From: an uncultured delta proteobacterium
GTDB lineage: Bacteria > Desulfobacterota > Desulfomonilia > UBA1062
Assembly (NCBI GenBank): GCA_963785235.1
Contig: CAWAUM010000005.1
Coordinates: 224,001-288,000 of the forward strand
Length of the DNA stretch: 64,000 nt
Reading direction: 5' to 3'
Shown here: positions 1 through 11,420 of the stretch, piece after piece
Position numbering within the stretch: the first letter of the stretch is position 1
Layout: each line of letters opens with the position of its first letter
Made by a program: the position numbers and the translations under genes
Notes under the pieces: generated by a model
Told to the model about the DNA's origin: nothing
What the model saw: the letters and a program-made list of their open reading frames with translations, nothing else
The model's database searches: none

Positions 1-338
1 TTGGTTTCGGTCCTGGCGGCGTCGATCTCGCCCTCGGCGCTCACGTCATAGAACCGGTAGTTGAAATAGGTATTTGCATGAAGGGAATATTCACCCAGCA
101 GGTCTTTCAAATACTGCTCCACCGTGTTGTAGGGCGAGGGCAGGTTTGATGTGAAGAATACATTGATGGTTAAAGGCTCCTTAAGAGTGGAAACCACGTT
201 TTTACTTACCTTGGAGAGTGAGTATGCCCTGTTTGTGGTTATGTCGATCCTGAAGAACAAGGTTGCGGCCACGAGGTTAACGAGCACAATGGCTGCTAGG
301 TAGACGGTAAATTTCATGTACCGTTTCTGTTTCATCAT
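1..338 (-). CDS. GldG-like ABC transporter auxiliary protein, 5' part (runs off the window)
   Basis: Manual translation MMKQKRYMKFTVYLAAIVLVNLVAATLFFRIDITTNRAYSLSKVSKNVVSTLKEPLTINVFFTSNLPSPY matches the GldG N-terminus; AGGAG RBS; follows the gldF-like gene. Confidence 0.85.
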   Translation of the reverse strand, partial: MMKQKRYMKFTVYLAAIVLVNLVAATLFFRIDITTNRAYSLSKVSKNVVSTLKEPLTINVFFTSNLPSPYNTVEQYLKDLLGEYSLHANTYFNYRFYDVSAEGEIDAARTET

Positions 339-349
339 GGCCGTTCTCC

Positions 350-1054
350 TTATCTTTTTTCCTGCATGAGAAGTTCTGCGCCATAGAGTGATATGAAGAT
401 GACGCTTATGAAGTAGATTATGTCACGGGAATCGATGATGCCCTTGGCGATGTTCTCGAAGTGGAAGCCTGCCCCGAGATAATGGATAAAGGGAAGTATC
501 GTATCAGGGAAGAAAAAGAGCATCTTGTCAACAAGGCTCAATGCAAAGCAGATGACCATGCCCACAATGAAGGCAATGATCTGGTTCTTGGTCGTGGCTG
601 AGGCAAAGATGCCTATCGCGCTGTATGCGCTTCCCAGAAGCACTGCACCGAGGTACCCGCCCATGACTGGGCCCCAGTCAAGATCGCCCATGAATGAAGC
701 CCAGACGGCATACGACAAGGTGGGCATCATCATGAGAGCCACAAACACAACGCAGGCCAGAAACTTGCCCATGATCACGTCCGAGAGTCTCACCGGCAGT
801 GTCAAGAGCATCTCGAAGCTCCCTATGTGCAGCTCCTCGGCAAAGAGCCGCATGGTCACGGCAGGTATCACGAAGGGGAAGATCAAGGGCAGCATGGAGA
901 AGAAGGTCCGTAAGTTTGCCTGGTTTATGAGGAAAAAGGTGGAGAAGAAGAACCAGCCTGAGATGAGCAGGAATATGCAGATCACGATATAGGCAATGGG
1001 GGATACAAAGTAATCTTTGAGTTCTTTTATGAATATGTGCCGGGCCTGGGCCAT
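350..1054 (-). CDS. ABC-2 permease, GldF-like
   Basis: KELKDYFVSPIAY, TMRLFAEE..GSFEMLLTLP and RDIIYFIS motifs; start moved to MAQARHIF. Confidence 0.9.
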   Translation of the reverse strand: MAQARHIFIKELKDYFVSPIAYIVICIFLLISGWFFFSTFFLINQANLRTFFSMLPLIFPFVIPAVTMRLFAEELHIGSFEMLLTLPVRLSDVIMGKFLACVVFVALMMMPTLSYAVWASFMGDLDWGPVMGGYLGAVLLGSAYSAIGIFASATTKNQIIAFIVGMVICFALSLVDKMLFFFPDTILPFIHYLGAGFHFENIAKGIIDSRDIIYFISVIFISLYGAELLMQEKR

Positions 1055-1055
1055 A

Positions 1056-1990
1056 TTATGCCTCCTGAGTAAGTTCCCTGAAGATCTTCTCCAGGGACTT
1101 GCCTTCCTGATGGAGCTCCAGCAGGGTCCAGTCAGTTGCCTTGACGGCGCGGTAGATTGCCTCACGGGGGTCGTCCGGGGTGCTCATGGTCAGTTTCAGC
1201 CTTAATTCGTTTGCCGACGAGGGTTCCTCATGAATGCGCGAGACACCCATCACCTCCGATATGACCTCCCGCACCTGGGCAAGGCCTGTATCTTTCAGGG
1301 TCAGATATATGGTCTTATCAAGTCCTGCGCCCATCTTTAGATCTCGGTGCTGCCGTCCGCAACGATTCCACCTTTGTCGATAATGACGATGCGGTCGCAG
1401 GTGGCCTCAGCCTCACTCAGGATATGGGTGGAAAGGATAATGGTCTTGTCCTTTCCAATGGAGCGTATGATGTCTCGGATCTCCACGATCTGGTTCGGGT
1501 CCAGGCCTGAGGTGGGTTCGTCAAGCACAAGGATCTCGGGGTCGTCGATCATGGCGTGAGCCAGGCCCACCCTTTGTTTCAGTCCTTTTGAGAGCTCGCC
1601 GATGGTCTTGTGCATGATGCCCTTGAGTCCGCACAGCTCGGCCATGGTTTTTATACGTTCCGCCTTTTTCTTGCCATCAAGCCCCTTGATGCCTGCCACA
1701 TAGTCGAGGTAATCATACACGAGCATGTTGTGGTAGAGTGGCGCGGACTCGGGAAGGTAGCCCATGAGCCGTTTGATTGCGAGCATGTCGTCTTGTGTGC
1801 TTAGCTCTTTCACGTGGATGCTGCCTGAACTCGGCTCCAGATAACCCGTGAGCATGCGCAGCGTCGTTGTCTTACCGGCGCCATTGGGGCCTAAGAGGCC
1901 CATGATCTCACCCTTGCGGATATCCAGGTCGATGTGGTTTACCGCACAAAGTTCGCCGTAAAACTTGGTAAGCTTTTCTACATGGATCAT
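1056..1990 (-). CDS. ABC transporter ATP-binding protein, GldA-like (frameshift near 1337)
   Basis: GPNGAGKT Walker A, LSKG signature, LDEPT; ORFs 1337-2020 and 1056-1334 join on adding one base (GSTEDLKMGAG). Confidence 0.85.
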
Positions 1991-2129
1991 TGCTATTCCC
2001 CCTACATCACTAAAGAACATGGGTGTTTACTAGAAGAATGACCAGGTGTCACTGGTGAATTCTCATAAAGAAGATTTTTCAGGCTTTGTCAATACTTCGA
2101 TGAAAATGATTGATCAATGCCTGGCGCAA

Positions 2130-3242
2130 TTAAGGTTCTGACTCTACGAACATGATCGAATACCCGCCCTTGATGGTAATGGTGGCGGCATCATCAATGG
2201 TGAATATGCCTGAAGGGTTTTCTTCCACCTCATAAAGGGTAAACCCTTCATCAAAGAACACACCGCCTGCTTCTCCTGGATTGGGAACGAATCCGATAGC
2301 CGTGACAACATCTCTCGATTCGTCCATGTCCTCCAAGAAACCGATGAAGCTCACTTTCCCTTGAAAGATAGTGCTGATATCGTCATCGGTTTCGTTCGTC
2401 CAGAAGTCGCTGAAGGTCACGGCAAAGCTGTCACTCGGTCCAAGGTCGCCGTCACCACTGTCAATCCATTCCAGCAGGTGGGTTCCCTGGGCAGCATGGC
2501 CTGCAGGGGGAGAGCCGGGGAATGTATCACCCTTGGTGATCATGGTTTTATCCTTTTGCAGGATTGAGTCGTTCTTCTCGATAAGGCTTATGGTGCTGAT
2601 GGTAAAGTCTATCTGCGAAAAGATGAAATCCACTGTGAAATATGCTAATGCAGCCTGCTGCTGCCAGGTGGGAGCGCCGGTGCCGAGGAGGTTTTCAAAC
2701 TGATCCCAGGTAAGATTGACGCTCGTATCTCCCTGTCTGAGGTTCACATTGCCTGCAGAGGAGGTAATGGTGATGAAAGTGATGTTTGGAGTCACCCCGA
2801 CTGCAATGCCGATTTCTGCCTGGGCATGGTCATCCGTGCCTGAAAACACTATGGGTGCATTCACATTGATGGAGAGAATTCCTTCGTTGCCCGGCCAGAT
2901 ATCAGTGGTAACTCTCAGCAGAGGCCCTCCATTGAGGGTGATTGCTTCCGTATCCATGTCGTATGTGCCCGTGAGTGGTCCTGCCAGGGTTTCCAGCCTG
3001 GCTGTCACGGTTTCGGATCCAAGTCTTGAACCTATCTCAAGGGGCTTGTCCGCCAACAGACTCAGAACGAAATCATATGCAGCAAGAGTCTGATTGCCGC
3101 CTTCACCGGTCCCTCCATCTCCACCACCATCATTGCTGCCGCCTCCTCCTCCCCCTCCACATGAAACAAGAAGCAGGCTGAGAAATAGGCTGATTGAAAG
3201 TATGAATAATCTCCTGAGAGAGTATAAGAAATTGATCTCCAT
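2130..3242 (-). CDS. Hypothetical lipoprotein, paralog 1
   Basis: Lipobox LLVSC followed by a Gly-rich linker; RBS; 370 aa. Confidence 0.8.
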   Translation of the reverse strand: MEINFLYSLRRLFILSISLFLSLLLVSCGGGGGGGSNDGGGDGGTGEGGNQTLAAYDFVLSLLADKPLEIGSRLGSETVTARLETLAGPLTGTYDMDTEAITLNGGPLLRVTTDIWPGNEGILSINVNAPIVFSGTDDHAQAEIGIAVGVTPNITFITITSSAGNVNLRQGDTSVNLTWDQFENLLGTGAPTWQQQAALAYFTVDFIFSQIDFTISTISLIEKNDSILQKDKTMITKGDTFPGSPPAGHAAQGTHLLEWIDSGDGDLGPSDSFAVTFSDFWTNETDDDISTIFQGKVSFIGFLEDMDESRDVVTAIGFVPNPGEAGGVFFDEGFTLYEVEENPSGIFTIDDAATITIKGGYSIMFVESEP

Positions 3243-3416
3243 AATCCCCTCCTACACCTCAAGTTGTGTCATTCATGGCCTTATGAAGTACATAGCACAA
3301 GTAATTCAAGTATTATAAAGATACTGCTGTTCAGACAATAGTCAAGGGACAAAGTAGGGTACAGGTCTTTATGAGTAAAAGACAAAAAAGTGCTGCACCT
3401 ACGTATTCATGGTTAT

Positions 3417-4469
3417 TCAAGGCGTAGGCTCGGAAAGGGTAATGGTGAAGCCGCCGTCAAGGATTCTGGTCCGGCTCGTGTCGATGGTGAACGTACCTGC
3501 AGGGTTCTCCTCGGTCTCGGAGATGGTGAGGCCGTCATACTCAAAGGAGAAACCGGTTTTCGTGAGCAGCACTGTATTATTCACTGTCTTTGTTTCTTCT
3601 ATATAATTTGTAAGATGAACAGGTCCGAACAGCAGCTTATCGACTTTGAACTGGGGATCATTCTCCCAGCAGTTGCCGAAGGTGAGTAGAAAATCGTCAC
3701 CCGTACCCAGGATTTTGTTGCCATTGGTATCTTTCCATTGGAGTGACCGGATGCCCTGGTCTGTTCCCGAGAGCGCGTCGCACGCTATGGTCTGCTTATG
3801 ATCGGTAGCCTGTTTAATAGATTCTTTGTTCTCCTTGATGGTAATGACGGAGTCCATTGCCAGATCAATCTGTGATGCAGTGAGTGCCATGACCGACCAG
3901 GCAAGGGCTGCCTGCTGTTTCCATGTCTCAGTCTGGGAGCCAATGAGCTTCTCGAAAGCATTCCAGGATAGAGACAGCGGGGCATCATAGTTGTGGATTA
4001 TACTCACCCCTGTGGATGAGAAGGTCATGGTGATAAGATTGGCCCCCTTGTCAATAATCAGGAGTTTCCCCTCGTTGGGGAATTCATTTCCCGATGACTT
4101 GACGGCTTCTTTTACCTGTACCGAAAAGGTATTGGAAAGATCATCCCACAACGTTGTGCTGATATTGAGCATGGAGAGATAGTTGATGGCATATGCGCCT
4201 GTCTTGGGGGTATATGTGCCTGTGTATATTCCTGAGACGCCTTCACTGATCACTACGCTTTTCGCATATGCGGTGTAATAGATCCCAAGTGTGTTGCTGC
4301 CCAGGTTGCTCAGTTCGAAGTTATAGACATCCAGTGTATCTTCGGAGGTGCTGCTTGGTTTTGCTCCACCGCCGCCTGTGCTGTTTCCTCCGCAGTATGA
4401 CAGAAGGACACACAGAAAAATGGATACAACGGCTATAACCGGTTTCATACTATTTTGCAGATGACCCAT
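3417..4469 (-). CDS. Hypothetical lipoprotein, paralog 2
   Basis: Lipobox-like LLSYC-GG; shares sequence blocks with 2130-3242. Confidence 0.8.
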   Translation of the reverse strand: MGHLQNSMKPVIAVVSIFLCVLLSYCGGNSTGGGGAKPSSTSEDTLDVYNFELSNLGSNTLGIYYTAYAKSVVISEGVSGIYTGTYTPKTGAYAINYLSMLNISTTLWDDLSNTFSVQVKEAVKSSGNEFPNEGKLLIIDKGANLITMTFSSTGVSIIHNYDAPLSLSWNAFEKLIGSQTETWKQQAALAWSVMALTASQIDLAMDSVITIKENKESIKQATDHKQTIACDALSGTDQGIRSLQWKDTNGNKILGTGDDFLLTFGNCWENDPQFKVDKLLFGPVHLTNYIEETKTVNNTVLLTKTGFSFEYDGLTISETEENPAGTFTIDTSRTRILDGGFTITLSEPTP

Positions 4470-4762
4470 AGGACCCCTCCCTCCATGTGAGACCTCGTAG
4501 TGTTTGAGGTGTCAACAGTGCACCGAATCTATGGATACCTTACATTCAAGTATAGGGCAAAGTCAACGCAATGAGTTCAACCTTAGACGTTCTTGCATGG
4601 GCAATGTTTCTATGGTCTATGATGAAGTATCATTTGGGGTAAATGATTATATCACTGCATCCAGAGAGGCTTTTATGTTGTGTCTCTTGACTCGCAGGAC
4701 AAAGCATGAAAAATGTGTATCTATGCATTATTCGCTGATTATGGGTCAAAGGGAATGTATTT

Positions 4763-6838
4763 GTGTTGAAAGGTGATGTTCACCCCGGCAGATGCCATCC
4801 CCTCGGATCGACTGTGTACCCTGATGGAGTAAACTTCTCTCTGTTCTCCAGAAGTTGCTATTCTGTTGAACTTCTCTTGTTTGACGACCCGGATGATGCC
4901 CGTCCTGTCCGGTTGATCCGGCTCGATCCAAAGGTGAATAAGACCTTCTACTACTGGCACTGCTTTGTGCCCGGAATCAGCGCGGGTCAACTTTATGGGT
5001 ATAGGGTTTTCGGGCCTTTTGACCCTGCAAGAGGTCATTATTACGAGGGGCAGAAGCTTCTGCTGGATCCGTATACGAAGGCAGTCGCCATCGGGAATAA
5101 CTATGACAGGATAGCAGGGTGCAGGCCGGGTGACAACTGCTCCCATGCTGCGAAATCAGTAGTGGTAGACCCGTTTGATTATGATTGGCAGGGAGATGAG
5201 CCTTTAAGGACCGATTACAGAACGAGTGTGATCTATGAACTCCATGTAGGCGGTTTCACACGCAACCCCAATTCCGGGATCAGTAAAGAGAAGAGGGGAA
5301 CCTATGCAGGTCTCATGGAGAAGATACCCTACCTCAAGGAACTGGGTATCACTGCCGTTGAGCTCATGCCTGTACAGCAGTATGATGAGCAGGATGCACC
5401 GCCTGGGTTGAGTAACTACTGGGGCTACAGCCCCATGGCTTTTTTTGCGCCCCATGCAGGATACTGTTCCATAGGCGGAAACTTGAGCCCTTTAAAAGAA
5501 TTCAGGGACATGGTCAGGGAACTCCACAATGCCGGTATTGAGGTGATCGTGGATGTGGTCTTCAACCACACGGCAGAGGCGGGGCATGAAGGACCGACGT
5601 TCTGCATGCGAGGCATTGAGAACACGATCTATTACATTTATAATGTCGAGCATCGGCGATATGAAAACTACTCAGGATGCGGTAACACGGTTAATACCAA
5701 TCACTCCATAGTCCGCAGGATGATTACTGAAAACCTGCGCTACTGGGTGGAGCATATGCATGTGGATGGCTTCCGTTTTGACCTTGCCTCGGTCATGGCA
5801 CGCGGAGAATATGGAGAGCCTCTGGAAAAGCCCCCTATCCTGTGGTCCATTGAATCAGACCCGGTTCTGGCAGGCACCAAGATCATTGCCGAGGCCTGGG
5901 ACGCGGCTGGGCTCTTCCAGGTGGGGTCTTTCATCGGTGAGCGTTTTGCCGAATGGAACAGCCAGTTCAGGGATGATGTCAGGCGTTTCCTTAAAGGCGA
6001 AGAGCGGGCGGTGGGCCGTATCTCAAACCGGCTTTTAGGAAGCCCGGACATTTATCCGCAACCGGATCGTGAAACGAACCGCAGTATAAATTTCATTACC
6101 TGCCATGATGGCTTTACCCTCAATGACCTGGTGTCATATGACCACAAGCACAACGAGATGAACAAAGAGCAAAACCGTGACGGTAATGATTACAATCTCA
6201 GCTGGAATTGTGGGGTTGAAGGACCCACGAGCGATAAGGTTATTGATGGACTCAGGCTGAAACAGATAAAGAATTTCATCACACTCCTGTTCGTATCACA
6301 GGGTACACCAATGCTCCTCATGGGCGATGAGGTTTGCAGGACCCAACAGGGCAACAACAATACCTACTGCCAGGACAATGAAATGTCCTGGTTTGACTGG
6401 GATGCGGTTAAGAAACATGGGGGCCTGTTGAGGTTTGTTCAAGGAATCATAAGGTTTTCCCGTTCAAATCCTGTTTTCAACCTGAGGCATGTTCCAAAAC
6501 CACCCTATACGGACAAAGACGTATGCATTACCTGGCATGGAGTTCATCTGAACAAGCCCGACTTTAGAGACAACTCCCACAGCTTGGCGCTTGAATTGAA
6601 ATCAAGCCTTGAGGGAGAGCATGTCTTCATCATGCTGAATGCCTTTTGGAAGCCACTGACCTTTGAATTGCCCAAACCTGATGGAGATCATGCATGGTAC
6701 AGGGTTATTGATACATCCCTTGGCGATGACAAAGACTATTCTCAGCCCGGGAAAGCCACCCTGATCAAGGGACTGAGATACCTGCTGAAAGATCGCAGCA
6801 CTGCTGTTATGGTAGCCCGCAGGATGAAAACCCGATAG
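4763..6838 (+). CDS. glgX: Glycogen debranching enzyme (isoamylase, GH13)
   Basis: [39 protein letters not shown] and [11 protein letters not shown] motifs. Confidence 0.95.
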   Translation: MLKGDVHPGRCHPLGSTVYPDGVNFSLFSRSCYSVELLLFDDPDDARPVRLIRLDPKVNKTFYYWHCFVPGISAGQLYGYRVFGPFDPARGHYYEGQKLLLDPYTKAVAIGNNYDRIAGCRPGDNCSHAAKSVVVDPFDYDWQGDEPLRTDYRTSVIYELHVGGFTRNPNSGISKEKRGTYAGLMEKIPYLKELGITAVELMPVQQYDEQDAPPGLSNYWGYSPMAFFAPHAGYCSIGGNLSPLKEFRDMVRELHNAGIEVIVDVVFNHTAEAGHEGPTFCMRGIENTIYYIYNVEHRRYENYSGCGNTVNTNHSIVRRMITENLRYWVEHMHVDGFRFDLASVMARGEYGEPLEKPPILWSIESDPVLAGTKIIAEAWDAAGLFQVGSFIGERFAEWNSQFRDDVRRFLKGEERAVGRISNRLLGSPDIYPQPDRETNRSINFITCHDGFTLNDLVSYDHKHNEMNKEQNRDGNDYNLSWNCGVEGPTSDKVIDGLRLKQIKNFITLLFVSQGTPMLLMGDEVCRTQQGNNNTYCQDNEMSWFDWDAVKKHGGLLRFVQGIIRFSRSNPVFNLRHVPKPPYTDKDVCITWHGVHLNKPDFRDNSHSLALELKSSLEGEHVFIMLNAFWKPLTFELPKPDGDHAWYRVIDTSLGDDKDYSQPGKATLIKGLRYLLKDRSTAVMVARRMKTR

Positions 6839-6981
6839 ACTTAAAGGCAGTGGAGTTGTAAAATAATTTACTATTTCATTGTGCCTGGTTTCCATCCTGA
6901 GGTATTGACTCAACCGGATAAGGTGATATTAATACGAAATAAGAATCATTTACATGACCTGTGGAGAACGAGGAGGAGCAG

Positions 6982-7290
6982 ATGAGCGTTAAAAAACAGT
7001 ATTTGAAGACAAAAACGGTATGCAAGGTAACCTTTAACCTCCCTAAAGATATAGCCAAGTCAGCAGACTCTGTCTTTCTTGTGGGGGATTTCAACGGTTG
7101 GGATGCAAGCTCGCACCCCATGAAGCGCCAGAAGGATGGGTCGTTCAATCTTACGATCAACCTTGAGAAGGGAAGTGAATATCAATATCGCTACCTGCTC
7201 GACGGCTCTACCTGGGAAAACGACGATTGTGCGGATAAATACGTAAAAAGCCCGTATGGAGACAGCGAAAATTCCGTAGTAATGATCTGA
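6982..7290 (+). CDS. Isoamylase early-set (CBM48) domain protein
   Basis: VFLVGDFNGW and EYQYRYLLDG..WEND motifs; adjacent to glgX. Confidence 0.9.
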   Translation: MSVKKQYLKTKTVCKVTFNLPKDIAKSADSVFLVGDFNGWDASSHPMKRQKDGSFNLTINLEKGSEYQYRYLLDGSTWENDDCADKYVKSPYGDSENSVVMI

Positions 7291-7556
7291 GCTACACCCA
7301 TCAGGAAGCAAGCATTGCTGGCTTTCCTTCTGTAAGCCAGTACATCTGCATGGGCGCTTATCCATAACGGGTATTGCCTTAGGCAGGCCCTAAAGCGGCT
7401 GGTGCCGGATAAGCACTTTCATGAGTTGTTATTATGTGCTCATGGAATGGTTCTGCAAATTAATTAAGTACTGTAGGTTGATTCCTTGAGAGAGCCGCAT
7501 ATTATTGGTAACTAAAGAACGAGTAGGAGAATGAGAGGACACTGGTGGGGGATAAT

Positions 7557-7742
7557 ATGAGTGAAAAAAGATTTACTGCTCTGGAAACCATGGTGGCCTA
7601 TCATGAAGACACTATTCAGAAGTTCAATGAAGTGATTTACAAACAACAGGTTGAAATCGACAGACTTAAGGAGAAGGTCGATTCATTTGCAAGGCATCTC
7701 AAGGATGCCGACCAGCCTGTTGCTGACGAGTCGGATAAGTAA
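7557..7742 (+). CDS. slyX: SlyX family protein
   Basis: RFTALETMVAYHEDTIQKFNEVIYKQQVEIDRL coiled-coil pattern. Confidence 0.8.
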   Translation: MSEKRFTALETMVAYHEDTIQKFNEVIYKQQVEIDRLKEKVDSFARHLKDADQPVADESDK

Positions 7743-7797
7743 TCTCCGTCTCGTGTAATGCGATAATCAATAGGCCTGTAAGGTTTCTTGCGTGTAA

Positions 7798-8952
7798 TTA
7801 TTTTGCATTCACTAATATTTGTGTAAGCTCCTCATCCGTAAGCACAATAGGGTTGCCTTTCATGCTGCTGGCGCGGTTCGCTTTGGCAACAATCTCCGGG
7901 AAATACTCCTGACTTATTCCAATCAATGAAAGCCCCTGTACATTCATGCGCGAGCAGAGCTCATGGATCCAGTCTATTGCATCATCAGCCTGTGCTGATG
8001 ATTTGCCGGTAATGATCTTTGCCACTTCGTCGAAACGTGTCAGTGCATGAGCATCCGGGGTGCGCTTTTTAAGGGCTTGGATATTCATTTCCACCACATG
8101 CGGCAGAAGGCTGGCACAGATGAGCCCATGGGATACAAGGCATTGGCCGCCTGCCGCAGCTGCAAATCCATGGACTGCTCCAAGCCTGGCATTTGCCAGG
8201 GCAATACCGCTGAAAAGGCTCGCCATGGCCATGTCTTCCCGGGCAGCCGCATTGCCGCCATCCTTATACGCAACTATTAGTGACCTTGCCGCACGTTCAA
8301 GGCCCTCCCGACATATGCTGTCGGTCAGGGGGTTCGCACTGTTCGAGACATAGGATTCCAGAAGCTGGGTCAGTGCATCCAGACCGGTACTCGCGGTAAC
8401 ATCAGGGGGGAGAGAATGGGTGAGCTCCGGGTCTACGATTACCAGGCGTGGAAGCATGAAGGGAGATCGCAAGCTCACCTTGACGCCATGATCCTCGGAG
8501 AGGATAACGGCATTTTTTGTCACCTCGCTGCCGGTTCCGGCGGTTGTGGGAACGGCGATATAAGGAACCGGCTGGTTTTTGAGCGGTATGGCCCTGCCCA
8601 CTATCTCTAGGTAGTCATAGATGTCTCCTGTATTTGTAATGAGTGCAGCGATGGCTTTCCCGGCATCTATGACACTGCCGCCTCCTATTGCTATGACACA
8701 GTTGCAGCCATGTTCACGCGCCACGGATACACCCTGGGTAACGGTCTGTGCGGTAGGTTCTTTGGAAACGGAATAGAGGGTAGGGGTTATGTATTTATCC
8801 TTAAGCCTGTCGAGAAGCTGGGACCACCTGAGGCCTTTCTTTCCCGTGACTACCAGGCATTTATCCCCCATGGAGGAGGCAACATCGCTAATCTCATGAA
8901 TGCTCCCAGGACCGAAGATAATTTTCTCAGCAGTTGCAAATTCGAAACGCAT
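7798..8952 (-). CDS. Iron-containing alcohol dehydrogenase
   Basis: GGGSVID, PTTAGTGSE, DALTQ and HG motifs. Confidence 0.92.
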   Translation of the reverse strand: MRFEFATAEKIIFGPGSIHEISDVASSMGDKCLVVTGKKGLRWSQLLDRLKDKYITPTLYSVSKEPTAQTVTQGVSVAREHGCNCVIAIGGGSVIDAGKAIAALITNTGDIYDYLEIVGRAIPLKNQPVPYIAVPTTAGTGSEVTKNAVILSEDHGVKVSLRSPFMLPRLVIVDPELTHSLPPDVTASTGLDALTQLLESYVSNSANPLTDSICREGLERAARSLIVAYKDGGNAAAREDMAMASLFSGIALANARLGAVHGFAAAAGGQCLVSHGLICASLLPHVVEMNIQALKKRTPDAHALTRFDEVAKIITGKSSAQADDAIDWIHELCSRMNVQGLSLIGISQEYFPEIVAKANRASSMKGNPIVLTDEELTQILVNAK

Positions 8953-8984
8953 GTCAGATCCCTTCGAAGATTGATTATTTATTT

Positions 8985-9007
8985 TCATTCCCGCACAGGC
9001 GGGAATC
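8985..9007. repeat. REP-like palindrome ATTCCC-N8-GGGAAT (dRS3-like family)
   Basis: TCATTCCCGCACAGGCGGGAATC upstream of the ADH start. Confidence 0.6.
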
Positions 9008-9198
9008 AAGGGGTATAATATATCGTGAACCCTTAAAAGTAATGTTCATACGTATTGATAGTATCCTTTTTGATGTGACTATGAATCATCAAAATATCAA
9101 TGGCCAAAAGATTTTACCATTGTAGGTCTTAACATCACGAGTTATGAGAGTTATAATAGCAACAATCATTACTGTAATAATATTAATGAGGTTGTTTT

Positions 9199-11376
9199 AT
9201 GAAAAATACCAAAAAGACAAAAGGTAAGCTCTTAAAAGAATCAGCCATGTCGCAAAGATTGACTGATGAATTAAGAGATTCTGCGTTAGAGCATAAACGC
9301 ATTGAGGAGGCAATCAAGGGAAGCGAAGAGCGCTACCGCGATCTTGTAGAGAATGCCCACGATGTACTCTGGGTCTTTGACCTCAACCTGGGGTATACCT
9401 ATATAAGTCCTTCGGTAAAGCGCCTCAGGGGTTACAGTGTTGAAGAGGCTATGAAACTCAGCATCAAACAGCTCCTCTCCCCGGCATCCTATCAAAAGTC
9501 CATGGAGATATTCGAAAGAGAACGACGCCTGGTGATGGACGGGCATCGACATAGCCCTGATTGGTCAATAACAACCGAGCTTGAAATGAATCGCAAGGAT
9601 GGTTCTTTAGTCTGGACTGAAGTCACCATGAACCCTCTCTATGACGAACAGCAAAGAATCAAGGGTATTATGGGGATAACCCGTGATATTTCCGATCGTA
9701 AGAAGGCCGAGGAGGCATTGAGCAGGAGCGAGGCCAAGTATCGTTTCCTCACCGAGAATATGAACGATATCGTATGGACGGCGGATCTAAATTTAAATGT
9801 AACCTATGACAGCCCTGCCGTAGAAAGGGTCCTGGGTTTCACCGTGAACGAGCGTATGACACAGGAAGCCCATACGATGCTGACCCCTGATTCTTTTGCC
9901 AGGGCAGTCGAAACCCTGCATGCCGAGCTCAAACGGGATCATGATGAAGGCGTTGACCCACACAGAAGCATAAAGCTGGAATTGGAGTATTATCACAAGA
10001 ACGGATCGATTGTGTGGATGGAATGCATTATGAGAGCGATCCGCAACGATGCCGGGGATATCATCGGGATACATGGGGTGTCGCGCGATATCACCGAGCG
10101 CAAGCAGGCGGAGGAAGAACTAAAGAAGCACCGCGATAACCTGGAAAGGCTTGTTAAAGAACGCACGGCCAAGCTTGTGATGGCCATTGAACAGATGGAA
10201 AAACAGATTGAGGAACGCAGGCAGGCTGTAGAATCATTGCGCGTCAGTGAAGAGATATACCGCATCCATTTTTCACTCAGCGACGATGTCATGTTTACGA
10301 GTGATGAAGCTTTCAGGGTTCTAAGCGTCACACCGAACGTGGAAAGGATCCTCGGATACAAGCCCAGGGAGCTGATCGGAAAAACATTTCTGGAACTGGA
10401 AGTACTCCATCCGGACGACATGGGCAAGGCTGTTGACGATACAATACATGTGCTCTCCGGAGGAGCGAGCCGCCGTCCGACATACCGCTTTATCACCAAA
10501 GACGGAAAAATAAAATTCGGTGAGGTGAGCGGTGTCCCCCTCATAAAGAAGGGTCATGGAGTAACTTTGATCTCGGTGGCCAGGGATGTCACTGAGCGCA
10601 TGGAAAAAGAACAGTCCCTTCTCGAAATCCTTGACAGGTACAATACCCATTTCACACTCACCGATGATGTCATGTTTTCCTTCGATCACAAGCTAAGGTT
10701 TAATAGTATCTCACCGAACGTAGAGAAAGTCACTGGGTACAAGCCTGAAGAACTTATGGGGAAACCCGCCCATAAACTTGGTGTGTTCCCCCCTGAATAT
10801 CAGCATGAGGCTTATGATGAAGCCATGCATCTGCTCTCAGGGCAGACAATCAATTCCTCCATCTATGAGTTCATAACCAAAGACGGAAAACGGAAGTTCG
10901 GCGAGTTCAGCAGCAGTCCCTTGAAACGGGATGGCAGAGTGGTTGAAATAATCACTGTTGCCAGGGAAATCACAGAACGCATCAAGAAAGAAAAGTCACT
11001 TCAGGAGACTGAAGCAACAGCACAGGCACTGCTGAACGCATGTACAGATTTCATGGTTTTGATAGACATCAAAGGAACAATAATTCATGTGAACAAAGCG
11101 GCTTCAGATAATCTGGGTAGAAGCGTTAACGAATTGTTGGGGACCTGTTTTTTCGATGAAATGCCGAAAGAAGTGGCGGATAGGAGAAAGATTTACGTTG
11201 AGAAAGTCATCAGCTCGGGCAGTCCGGTACGCTTTAAAGATGAAAACAAAGGAAGATTGATTCACAGCAGTTTATTCCCCGTCTTCAACGAACTGGGAAA
11301 GGTTACTAAAATTGCCATTCACGCCCGGGACATCACTGAGACCAATCCAGTCATTTTTAAAGGCAAAATTGATTAA
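9199..11376 (+). CDS. Multi-PAS domain protein (5 PAS, no output domain)
   Basis: Five PAS/PAC units ending RDISDRK, RDITERK, RDVTERM, REITERI and RDITE; central coiled coil. Confidence 0.9.
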   Translation: MKNTKKTKGKLLKESAMSQRLTDELRDSALEHKRIEEAIKGSEERYRDLVENAHDVLWVFDLNLGYTYISPSVKRLRGYSVEEAMKLSIKQLLSPASYQKSMEIFERERRLVMDGHRHSPDWSITTELEMNRKDGSLVWTEVTMNPLYDEQQRIKGIMGITRDISDRKKAEEALSRSEAKYRFLTENMNDIVWTADLNLNVTYDSPAVERVLGFTVNERMTQEAHTMLTPDSFARAVETLHAELKRDHDEGVDPHRSIKLELEYYHKNGSIVWMECIMRAIRNDAGDIIGIHGVSRDITERKQAEEELKKHRDNLERLVKERTAKLVMAIEQMEKQIEERRQAVESLRVSEEIYRIHFSLSDDVMFTSDEAFRVLSVTPNVERILGYKPRELIGKTFLELEVLHPDDMGKAVDDTIHVLSGGASRRPTYRFITKDGKIKFGEVSGVPLIKKGHGVTLISVARDVTERMEKEQSLLEILDRYNTHFTLTDDVMFSFDHKLRFNSISPNVEKVTGYKPEELMGKPAHKLGVFPPEYQHEAYDEAMHLLSGQTINSSIYEFITKDGKRKFGEFSSSPLKRDGRVVEIITVAREITERIKKEKSLQETEATAQALLNACTDFMVLIDIKGTIIHVNKAASDNLGRSVNELLGTCFFDEMPKEVADRRKIYVEKVISSGSPVRFKDENKGRLIHSSLFPVFNELGKVTKIAIHARDITETNPVIFKGKID

Positions 11377-11420
11377 AAAATCTGAACTGGATATCTGCCT
11401 GACCGTATTTCAACCCGGCA

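Noticed and set aside
1330-1345. Programmed frameshift or a genuine split of gldA
   Set aside because: No slippery site; one missing base restores the gene, as with the many other indels.
3115-3160. CCT/CCA triplet run
   Set aside because: Simply encodes the poly-Gly lipoprotein linker.
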